The translations under genes were made by a program, and so were the position numbers. This document shows, one piece after another, positions 56,405 through 64,000 of a DNA stretch of 64,000 nucleotides. The notes below the pieces were generated by a model. It saw only the letters and a list, made by a program, of their open reading frames with translations. It ran no database searches and was not told where the DNA came from. Each line of letters opens with the position of its first letter. Positions within the stretch are counted from its first letter, which is position 1. Source of the DNA: Calditrichota bacterium (GTDB lineage: Bacteria > Zhuqueibacterota > Zhuqueibacteria > Thermofontimicrobiales > Thermofontimicrobiaceae); the NCBI GenBank assembly GCA_013152715.1, contig JAADFU010000094.1, positions 12,610 to 76,609 of the forward strand, in the 5' to 3' direction.

Positions 56405-58825
56405 ATGTCCTCCCGATCAAAGGAAGTGCCCCCCAATAAGCTTCGTTATTTTTATGATCCGAAACAATTCAAATTTAAAACCACTGACGAGTTAGAGCCG
56501 CTGTCTGAAATTATTGGTCAAGATCGCGCGGTAACTGCGGTCGATTTCGGCGTTCAGATTAAAAATTTAGGCTACAACATTTTTGCCGTTGGTCCGACCG
56601 GAGCCGGAAGGACATCCACCATCAGAGATGCGGTGCAAAAAAGAGCGAAAAAATTGGCTGTGCCGCCTGACTGGTGTTACGTTTACAATTTTCAAAATGG
56701 GGACAGGCCTGTTGCGCTGAAGCTTGCGCCGGGAGATGGCAGAAAATTGGCAAAAGCGATGAACGGGCTCATTGTCAAGCTGGCTCGCGATGTGCCGGCG
56801 GCGCTGAATTCTGAGGAATTTCAACGGCAAAAAAAATCCATCATGGAGCAGTTGCAAATTCAGCAACAAAATTTGCTGAATGGTTTGACCGAAAAAGCGC
56901 ACAAAAAAGGTTTCAGTCTGCGAAAAATTGCTTCCGGCCTGGTGCTGCTGCCTGTTCTCGACGGAAAACCGCTGACAGTTGAGCAAATAGATGCTTTGCC
57001 GGAGGAGCAGCGCGAGAAATTGCAGGAGGTCGGCGCCCGATTGCAGGAAGAATTGAATGACGGTCTGAAAAGCATCCGCAATTTAGAACAGGAAATGCAG
57101 GAGAAATTGGAAAAACATCTCAAAGAAATCCTGCGGCTGGCGATCGACAACCCGATTGCGAAAATCAGTGAGCAGTTCGAAAAATATCCGAAGGTCGTAG
57201 AATATCTGGAAGAAGCAGAAGAAGATTTGCTCAATACAGCGGCCGGGATGTTTTCCGAGGCGCCGGAAGAAGAAGAGGCGGAGGAATCCATCGACCACAG
57301 TTGGATCAAAGGATTGCAGCTTCACCGCTATCGGGTGAATGTTTTTGTGGACAACAGCGAAACAAAAGGCGCGCCAGTAATTGTGGAAACGAATCCGACT
57401 TACAACAATCTCATTGGCCGCATTGACCGCGTTCCGCGAAAAGGGCTTTTACTGACTGATTTTACAAAAGTTAAATCGGGTTCGTTGCAACGGGCAAATG
57501 GCGGATTTCTCATCATCGACGCGGAACAACTTTTCCGTTCAGCGTTGGCGTGGCAGGCGTTGAAACGCTCGCTGAAAAACCAGTGCGCTGAAATCACCGA
57601 TCTCAGTGAGGAATCCTCTCATTTGAGCGTCAGAACGCTGGAGCCGGAGCCAATTCCCCTGGATATTAAAATTATTCTCATCGGCAGTTCCGGAATTTAT
57701 TACACGCTGCTCAGCTATGACAGTGATTTCAGTAAATTGTTCAAAGTGAAGGCGGATTTTAGCGTCACCATGCCCTTGAACAAAAGGAATATTTTGAATT
57801 ATGCTCGTTATTGTGCGGGTCAGTGTCAAAAAGAAAATTTGCTGCCGCTTTCGCCAGATGCAATGAGCCGCGTTGTGGAATATGGTGTGGAAATCGCAGA
57901 AGACCAGAAAAAATTGACCACGCGATTTAATTATGTTCGCGATGTGTTGGTCGAAGCAAATTATTTCGCGCAAAAAAATCAGCATCGCACGATCACCGGC
58001 GAAGATGTTCGGGAAGCGCTCGCTGCAAGCAGATTTCGGCACAATAAATACGAAGAATTAATTCAGGAGATGTTCCGCGAAAAAACATTATATTTGAACG
58101 TGAGCGGCTACCGCGTGGGTGAAGTCAATGGATTGACTGTCCTGGATTTGGGCGATTACACCATGGGGAAACCCACGCGCATCACAGCGAGAGTTTCTCT
58201 GGGTCAGGACGGCGTTCTTGCCATCGACCGGGAAGTGAAAATGAGCGGTCCCCTGCACAATAAAGGCGTGTTGATTTTGTCCGGTTTTTTGCAAGGCATG
58301 TTTGGCGCTGACAAAAAAATCTCCATTTCGGCAAGTATTACGTTTGAACAAGTCTACTCCACGGTGGATGGCGACAGCGCTTCATCGGCGGAATTGTACG
58401 CGCTGCTTTCCAGCTTGTCTGAAATTCCAATTAATCAGTCCTTTGCTGTCACCGGCTCTGTGAATCAGATGGGTGAGATTCAGCCCATTGGCGGCGCCAA
58501 ATACAAAATTGAAGGTTTTTTCGATGTGTGCGCTGCGCATGGATTGACTGGCGAACAGGGAGTTTTGATTCCAAAATCCAATTTAGCCAATTTAGTGCTC
58601 CATGATCGCGTCATCGATGCTGTGAAAGAGGGGAAATTTCATATTTACGCGGTCGCTACTGTGCAGGAAGGGATTGAAATTTTAACAGGCAAAAAAGCCG
58701 GCCGCCGTGGCAAAAACGGGAAATTTCCGGCGGGAACTGTTTTCCGTGCAGTGGACGAAAGATTAGAAGAGATGGCGGAAAAATTGAATTCAGGCAGGTC
58801 GAAACAAGGGAAGAAGAATTCCTGA
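56405..58825 (+). CDS. Lon-like ATP-dependent protease (COG1067/LonB-type: AAA+ with helical insert plus S16 protease domain)
   Basis: Walker A GPTGAGRTS, Walker B FLIIDAEQL. C-terminal Lon protease domain (…DGDSASSAELYALLSSL…AVTGSVNQMGEIQPIGG…K…). Confidence 0.75.
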   Translation: MSSRSKEVPPNKLRYFYDPKQFKFKTTDELEPLSEIIGQDRAVTAVDFGVQIKNLGYNIFAVGPTGAGRTSTIRDAVQKRAKKLAVPPDWCYVYNFQNGDRPVALKLAPGDGRKLAKAMNGLIVKLARDVPAALNSEEFQRQKKSIMEQLQIQQQNLLNGLTEKAHKKGFSLRKIASGLVLLPVLDGKPLTVEQIDALPEEQREKLQEVGARLQEELNDGLKSIRNLEQEMQEKLEKHLKEILRLAIDNPIAKISEQFEKYPKVVEYLEEAEEDLLNTAAGMFSEAPEEEEAEESIDHSWIKGLQLHRYRVNVFVDNSETKGAPVIVETNPTYNNLIGRIDRVPRKGLLLTDFTKVKSGSLQRANGGFLIIDAEQLFRSALAWQALKRSLKNQCAEITDLSEESSHLSVRTLEPEPIPLDIKIILIGSSGIYYTLLSYDSDFSKLFKVKADFSVTMPLNKRNILNYARYCAGQCQKENLLPLSPDAMSRVVEYGVEIAEDQKKLTTRFNYVRDVLVEANYFAQKNQHRTITGEDVREALAASRFRHNKYEELIQEMFREKTLYLNVSGYRVGEVNGLTVLDLGDYTMGKPTRITARVSLGQDGVLAIDREVKMSGPLHNKGVLILSGFLQGMFGADKKISISASITFEQVYSTVDGDSASSAELYALLSSLSEIPINQSFAVTGSVNQMGEIQPIGGAKYKIEGFFDVCAAHGLTGEQGVLIPKSNLANLVLHDRVIDAVKEGKFHIYAVATVQEGIEILTGKKAGRRGKNGKFPAGTVFRAVDERLEEMAEKLNSGRSKQGKKNS

Positions 58826-58994
58826 TTTTTGAGAGCAGGTTGAGATCAACGGCTGGCAATTTCAGCGATGAAATGTTTACTGATCGCGAGTACAAAAAAT
58901 ACAACTCTAAAATTTGATTTGCACTAACGAAGACCAGAAATTCACCGCCGATTTTTCCGAGGGAATTTCCAAAGGGGAGGAACCGCAAATTCCA

Positions 58995-59735
58995 ATGAAA
59001 TTGACTGTTGCGCATGTTTTCAAGCAGATTCAGATTCCTGATGAAGAAAATGAACTGCGCAGGATTGATATTCTCAGCGATGTGAGCGTTGATTTTTTGG
59101 GCGCTAAAATTCACACCGTCATCGGGCCCTCCGGCAGCGGGAAAACGACTCTTTTGCGAATGGTCAACAAACTTGACTCGCCGACAAAAGGGAAAATATT
59201 AATAGAAGATCAGGACATCGCGGAAATTCCGCCGCGCGAGTTGCGCAAACAAATTGGCATGGTGTTTCAGACGCCGGCTTTGTTTCGCGGAACAATCACC
59301 GATAATGTGGCTTACGGCCCCGCGCTTTTCAAACGAAAATTTTCCGAAACCGATGTGAAAAATCTGCTTGAAAAAGTCGGATTGAAAGAATTGAATCCCA
59401 ATCGGAATGTGGAAAATTTGTCCGTGGGGCAACAGCAGCGGATTTCTTTTGCCAGAGCCCTGGCGAACGAGCCGCGGATTTTGCTCCTGGATGAACCCAC
59501 TTCGGCGCTTGACCCGACGGCTGCAAATAATTTGCTGGATTTAATCCGTTCCATCAATCAGGAATTAGGAATTTGTATCATCATGGTGACGCACATCATG
59601 GAACATGCAAAAAGAATCGCCGATAGTGTCTGTCTGCTGGTGGGCGGCAAAGTTGTGGAGACAGGGGAGACCAGGCAATTTTTTCAGCAGCCGCATACCG
59701 AAATCGCGCAAAATTTTATTCGCGGAGAGATGTGA
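58995..59735 (+). CDS. ABC transporter ATP-binding protein (FetA/YbbL-like)
   Basis: Walker A GPSGSGKTT, ABC signature LSVGQQQR, Walker B LLLDEPTSALD. The ORF track starts at 58914; ATG 58995 after GGGGAGG is preferred. Confidence 0.8.
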   Translation: MKLTVAHVFKQIQIPDEENELRRIDILSDVSVDFLGAKIHTVIGPSGSGKTTLLRMVNKLDSPTKGKILIEDQDIAEIPPRELRKQIGMVFQTPALFRGTITDNVAYGPALFKRKFSETDVKNLLEKVGLKELNPNRNVENLSVGQQQRISFARALANEPRILLLDEPTSALDPTAANNLLDLIRSINQELGICIIMVTHIMEHAKRIADSVCLLVGGKVVETGETRQFFQQPHTEIAQNFIRGEM

Positions 59736-60523
59736 TGGAATACGTGAATCTGAGTTATTTTGATCTACTCATCGCTTTTATTTTGATACTCATTCCCATT
59801 ATCATTTCCTTCAAAGCCAGGCTGGGGATCGAAAAAGAAATTTTCATCGGCACGGTGCGCACTTTTGTCCAGCTCATTGCCATCGGTTACGTTTTGAAAT
59901 ATATTTTTGGTCTGCGCGATTGGCGCGCTGTTTTGCTGATGATTATTCTGATGTCAATTGTCGCCGGGAGAAATGCTGTCAAACGGCAGAAATTTGAGAT
60001 TCCCTATCTTTTTCCGCTGGTCACATTTGCCATTCTGTCAGGCGCATTTGTCTCCATGGCGACGCTGCAAATATTGATTTTGCGCGTAAAACCGTGGTTT
60101 GAACCGCAGTACCTGATTCCAATCAGCGGCATGATGCTGGGTAATGCCATGAATGCTGCGGCTCTGGCAATAGATCGTTTATTTAGCGAAGCGCGCAGCC
60201 GGCGTTACGAAATCGAAGCCGCGCTCGCGCTGGGCGCTTCTCCTTTGCGCGCAGTTTCGCCGCTTATCCGGGAAGCCGCACGCGCGGCAATGATGCCGAC
60301 TATCAACGCCATGATGGTCGTCGGGCTTGTGCAATTGCCAGGAATGATGACCGGCCAGATCATTGGCGGCGTGGCGCCGGAACAATCTGTGCGCTATCAA
60401 ATTATAATTATGTATATGTTGGCGGCGTCGGTAACAGTTTCCTGTTTGACAATTTTGTATCTGGCTTATCGTTTACTGTTCACTAAAGAAGAGCAATTGG
60501 AACTGAAAATGCTGCAATTTTAA
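59732..60523 (+). CDS. ABC transporter permease of the FetB/YbbM (UPF0014) family
   Basis: Multi-pass membrane protein with FetB-like conserved regions (…RTFVQLIAIGYVL…, …LIPISGMMLGNAMN…). Translationally coupled to the ATPase. Confidence 0.7.
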   Translation: MMEYVNLSYFDLLIAFILILIPIIISFKARLGIEKEIFIGTVRTFVQLIAIGYVLKYIFGLRDWRAVLLMIILMSIVAGRNAVKRQKFEIPYLFPLVTFAILSGAFVSMATLQILILRVKPWFEPQYLIPISGMMLGNAMNAAALAIDRLFSEARSRRYEIEAALALGASPLRAVSPLIREAARAAMMPTINAMMVVGLVQLPGMMTGQIIGGVAPEQSVRYQIIIMYMLAASVTVSCLTILYLAYRLLFTKEEQLELKMLQF

Positions 60524-60722
60524 AGCGGAAGATTTTATTGGAGAAAAATATTCTGCCTTAGAATCTCAGCGATTCAACAGAAAAAAAGGAAGTTTTCAAG
60601 TTTTTTTGAGGCATTAAACAGGTAAATATTCAGGGGGCACTTTTGAGTGATTTGACTAACAAGCTCAGAATATTTAATAACACTTTGAGCCTTCGCGGCT
60701 AAAAAAAGAAAAGGGGAAAATT

Positions 60723-61814
60723 ATGGGCTTCAAGTGCGGACTTGTCGGCTTGCCCAATGTCGGAAAATCGACAATTTTCAATGCCCTGACCGCGCAGCAA
60801 GTGGCGTCTTCAAATTATCCCTTCTGTACCATCGATCCTAATATCGGAGTCGTTCCCCTTCACGACGAGCGGCTGGAGAAAATTGCCGAAATCATCGGTT
60901 CAGAAAAGTCAGTGCCGACAACGCTCGAATTTATCGATATCGCCGGGCTGGTGAAAGGCGCCAGTCAGGGAGAGGGTCTGGGAAATCAATTTTTAAATCA
61001 TATTCAGGCTGTCGATGCGGTCGCTCATGTCGTCCGTTGTTTTGAAGATAAAAATGTGGCTCACACTTCCGAAAACCTCGACCCGATTCTCGATCTGGAA
61101 GTCGTGATCACAGAGCTCATTCTCAAAGATTTGGAAATTGTCGAACGACGGGTTAGTCGATTGCAACATGCAGTCAAAAGCGGGGACGCAAAGCTCAAAG
61201 AAGAACTGGCGATTTTGACAAAAATTCAAGATCACTTGTCCCGGGGAATTCCGCTGAAAAAAATGGAGCTGAATGAAAAAGAGCGCGATTTAATCCGTGA
61301 AATGAATCTGCTCACGCTCAAGCCGGCAATCTACATTGCGAATGTGGACGAATCGCACCTACAAAATAATGATTATGCTCAGCAGCTCAAATCTTTCGCC
61401 GAAACTCAGAGGGAACCGTTTGTCGCCATTTGCGGCAAAATTCAGGAAGAGATCAGCCAATTAGATACAGAAAGTCAAGCGATCTTTTTAAAAGAATGGG
61501 GGATAGACGAGTTGAGTTTGAATGCTGTGGTTCGCGCCGGGTACGAGGTTTTGCATTTGAATACATTTTTTACGGCAAACGAAAATGAAGCCCATGCCTG
61601 GACCGTTCCTCAAGCCACACCTGTGCATCGGGCGGCGGGAAAAGTGCACACGGATTTTGAAAAAGGGTTCATCAAGGCGGAAGTGATCAAATATGCTGAT
61701 CTGGCTCGTCTGGATTCGGAAAGAGAAGTCCGGCAACGCGGTCTGATGGGAGTGCACGGCAAAGACTATCTTGTGCAGGACGGCGATTTGATATTTTTCC
61801 ATGCTCATCGCTAA
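60723..61814 (+). CDS. ychF: Ribosome-binding ATPase YchF (Obg-family)
   Basis: G1 GLVGLPNVGKST, DIAGL, NVDE G4-like motif, C-terminal TGS domain. Confidence 0.9.
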   Translation: MGFKCGLVGLPNVGKSTIFNALTAQQVASSNYPFCTIDPNIGVVPLHDERLEKIAEIIGSEKSVPTTLEFIDIAGLVKGASQGEGLGNQFLNHIQAVDAVAHVVRCFEDKNVAHTSENLDPILDLEVVITELILKDLEIVERRVSRLQHAVKSGDAKLKEELAILTKIQDHLSRGIPLKKMELNEKERDLIREMNLLTLKPAIYIANVDESHLQNNDYAQQLKSFAETQREPFVAICGKIQEEISQLDTESQAIFLKEWGIDELSLNAVVRAGYEVLHLNTFFTANENEAHAWTVPQATPVHRAAGKVHTDFEKGFIKAEVIKYADLARLDSEREVRQRGLMGVHGKDYLVQDGDLIFFHAHR

Positions 61815-61821
61815 CAACCGT

Positions 61822-62673
61822 TTACACGCCCGCACGTTCTTTCATTTTTTCCAGAAAATGATAAGGCACATTCAACTGTCCAATGTGCACGCCATTCCCC
61901 GGCGCAGCGTGGCAGTCGGAACCGCCGCTTTCCAGTAAATTTTTTTCGCGAGCGATCTGCCGAAAATGATCGACTTCTTCCTGCGTGTGTTTGGGGTGTA
62001 GCGTTTCAATACCATCCAGCCCGACTTTGGCTAAAGAACAAATTTCCTCGTCTGAAATTTCCCTGTCCGGATGCGCCAGCACGCAAATTCCGTGAGCGCT
62101 CTTGATCAAACTAATAGCATCTTGGGGTGTGATTTTGAATTTTGGCACCCAGCAAGAACAGCCATCGCCGAGAAAATGGCGAAAAATTTCCTGGAAAGAA
62201 GTTGCCAGTCCTTTGTTAATGAGCGCATAGGCGATATGAGGTCTGCCGATAGACGCATTTTTGCCTGCAGCTTTGAGCACATCTTCAAACGTCAAATCAA
62301 ATCCGAGATTATTAAAATTTTTGATGATTTTCTTAGCGCGCTTGGTGCGTTCATTTTTAAAAAATTCAATATAATCGATCAGCGATTTATCGTTATAATT
62401 AAAAAGATAGCCCAGTAAATGCATGTCTTGCTTATTGCCGCGAGCCGAAATTTCTATGCCATTAACGAATTCGATGCCTTTTTTCTGGCTCAACTTATTT
62501 GCAGCGGGGAGCGCAGAGATATTGTCGTGGTCAGTGATACTGATGGCTTTGAGTTTCATTTTCTGCGCATGAGCAAATATTTTGTCAACGCTCAGATTGC
62601 CATCCGAATGATTGGAATGAATGTGAAGGTCGATTCTGTTTCCAGAAAAATCCACTCGTTGACGCGTAAGCAT
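61822..62673 (-). CDS. PHP-domain (polymerase/histidinol-phosphatase-like) metal-dependent phosphoesterase
   Basis: DLHIHSNHSDG…ISITDHD PHP motifs I and II. Confidence 0.75.
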   Translation of the reverse strand: MLTRQRVDFSGNRIDLHIHSNHSDGNLSVDKIFAHAQKMKLKAISITDHDNISALPAANKLSQKKGIEFVNGIEISARGNKQDMHLLGYLFNYNDKSLIDYIEFFKNERTKRAKKIIKNFNNLGFDLTFEDVLKAAGKNASIGRPHIAYALINKGLATSFQEIFRHFLGDGCSCWVPKFKITPQDAISLIKSAHGICVLAHPDREISDEEICSLAKVGLDGIETLHPKHTQEEVDHFRQIAREKNLLESGGSDCHAAPGNGVHIGQLNVPYHFLEKMKERAGV

Positions 62674-62724
62674 GCGAATTTCCTCGAATAAAAATTTACG
62701 GTTTTGGTTTTTTAAAGGAAAGTA

Positions 62725-63789
62725 TCAGCTTAACGTGAGCATTCTTTCCAAAGCCAGCGACGCATCACGGGCAATGTCCGCCGGTACACGAACGATGTTT
62801 TCTTTGCCAAGATTTTCCAGCGTAAAACAAAGATTGTGCAAATTGATTTTGTACATGTTCGGACAAAGAGAACGAGCCAGCGGAAAAACGGTTTTGTCCG
62901 TCGATTCTGTGCTCAGTCGATGCACCAAATTGATTTCCGTGCCAATGGCAATCGTTGTTCCTGGCGGCGCATTTTTCACGTAAGAAATAATCTGAGAAGT
63001 CGATCCGTCCGCATCCGCAGCGTTTACGACTCCTTCCGGGCACTCTGGATGAACAATGACTTTTCCGTCGGGAAATTTCTGGCGAAAAACCTCGATGTGT
63101 TCGCTTTTAAACCAGGCGTGGACGTGGCAGTAGCCTTTCCACAGGATGACTTTTGCATTTTTTATCTGCTCCGGCGTGTTCCCGCCCAAGGGGAGTGTGC
63201 TGTCCCAGAGGATTTTTTGCTCCGCTGAAATGCCTAATTTATTGGCCGTATTTGCACCGAGAAACTGATCCGGGAAAAAGAAAACTTTGTCCGAATTGTT
63301 GAGCGCCCAGGTCAAAATTTGCCTGGCATTGGACGAGGTGCACACTGTCCCGCCATTCCTACCGCAGAAAGCCTTTAATGCGGCAGCCGAATTAATGTAA
63401 GTGATCGGCGTGATGGTGGTCTCGGGCGCTGCTTGTTTAATTTCTGCCCATGCTTCGGAAACAGTGACGGAATCTGCAAAATCGGCCAGCGGACAGCCGG
63501 CGGACAGTTCCGGAATGTGCACAATTTGGTGCCTTGCAGTCAAAATATCGGCGGCTTCAGCCATAAAATGAACACCGCAAAAAACGATGTATTTTGCCTC
63601 TTTCTGTTCTGCCGCTAGTTTACTTAAACCAAAAGAATCTCCCTTGAAATCGGCAAACCGCAGCACTTCGTCGCGCTGGTAGTGGTGACCCAAGATGGTT
63701 AGTTTTTTCCCCAATTTCGTTTTGACAGCAAGAATGCGTTGGCTCAACTCATCGGTGGACATTTGGCGATATTGCTCAGGCATCATCAT
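62725..63789 (-). CDS. nadA: Quinolinate synthase NadA
   Basis: …ILGHHYQ…VFCGVHFMAE… and Cys ligands of the [4Fe-4S] NadA fold. The ORF track starts at 63819 and would overlap tatC; MMMPEQY is the preferred start. Confidence 0.85.
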   Translation of the reverse strand: MMMPEQYRQMSTDELSQRILAVKTKLGKKLTILGHHYQRDEVLRFADFKGDSFGLSKLAAEQKEAKYIVFCGVHFMAEAADILTARHQIVHIPELSAGCPLADFADSVTVSEAWAEIKQAAPETTITPITYINSAAALKAFCGRNGGTVCTSSNARQILTWALNNSDKVFFFPDQFLGANTANKLGISAEQKILWDSTLPLGGNTPEQIKNAKVILWKGYCHVHAWFKSEHIEVFRQKFPDGKVIVHPECPEGVVNAADADGSTSQIISYVKNAPPGTTIAIGTEINLVHRLSTESTDKTVFPLARSLCPNMYKINLHNLCFTLENLGKENIVRVPADIARDASLALERMLTLS

Positions 63790-64000
63790 CTTTTTCTTTT
63801 TCCTGCTTGCGGTAAACAAATTTTGAAACCCAGATACTAATTTCGTAAAGCAAAATCAGGGGTAAAGCCAGACATACTTGAGTAAAAACATCGGGCGGCG
63901 TCAGAATCGCTGCGACAAAGAAAATCAGCACGATACCGTAGCGACGTTTGCTGCGCAGAAAATCAGGAGTGAGAATCCCCAATCTGGTCAGAAAATAGGC
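63776..64000 (-). CDS. tatC: Sec-independent translocase TatC, C-terminal portion (gene continues beyond the window end)
   Basis: …LTPPDVFTQVCLALPLILLYEISI… matches the conserved last TM segment of TatC. Open frame continues to position 64000. Confidence 0.5.
   Translation of the reverse strand, partial: AYFLTRLGILTPDFLRSKRRYGIVLIFFVAAILTPPDVFTQVCLALPLILLYEISIWVSKFVYRKQEKEKDDDA

Noticed and set aside
56405-58825. Possibility that the Lon-like protease marks a BREX (BrxL) defence island
   Set aside because: No methyltransferase, PglZ, BrxA/B/C or other defence genes are adjacent. Neighbours are housekeeping genes (lipA, ferredoxin, ABC exporter, ychF).

Overview
This 64-kb window is from a compact bacterial chromosome of moderate GC content. 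The gene content (2-oxoacid:ferredoxin oxidoreductase KorDAB(G), Rex, formiminotransferase-cyclodeaminase, M24 peptidases) suggests an anaerobic peptide/amino-acid fermenter. The primary-type sigma-70 factor is short, about 287 aa with no region 1.1, which hints at the Bacteroidetes/Chlorobi/Ignavibacteria/Calditrichaeota-like part of the tree.

The first ~19 kb is the one accessory-looking region: a divergent type IV filament (pilus-like) locus. It contains a PilT-like retraction ATPase, a PilM-PilN fusion, a PilO-like protein with a PilP-like C-terminal beta-domain, a short PilQ-type secretin with a C-terminal extension, a roughly 1,100-aa lipoprotein built from tandem Big_1 Ig-like domains, and two tandem paralogous copies of a three-gene cassette encoding N-terminally anchored pilin-like proteins that lack the canonical prepilin cleavage motif. 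Downstream of these lie a standalone secreted DUF4347-like protein preceded by a near-consensus sigma-54 promoter, a sigma-54-dependent NtrC-family response regulator, a CheY-like receiver, a zinc-ribbon protein and a PilB/GspE assembly ATPase.

The remaining ~45 kb is housekeeping. It includes ppiC, a PfkB kinase, FTCD, an M24 peptidase, mdh, rpmA-rplU-rng with the conserved fused B12-binding radical-SAM partner, korDAB(G), an acyl-CoA carboxylase trio (CT, BC, BCCP), tldD/pmbA, an autoregulated rex, a dapA-family gene, an SDR, an NTPase, rnr, hup, an MBL hydrolase, the short sigma factor, nfo, lpdA-lipA, a ferredoxin, a Lon-like protease, a fetAB-like ABC transporter, ychF, a PHP protein, nadA and partial tatC.

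Notable oddities: a secreted mini-ORF that is an in-frame internally deleted PepP remnant; a Rex operator in front of rex; a 13-bp perfect nested inverted repeat between the Big lipoprotein gene and the pilin-like cassette; and two unusually long (~0.9 kb) non-coding stretches. No CRISPR arrays, tRNA/rRNA genes or mobile elements were recognised.
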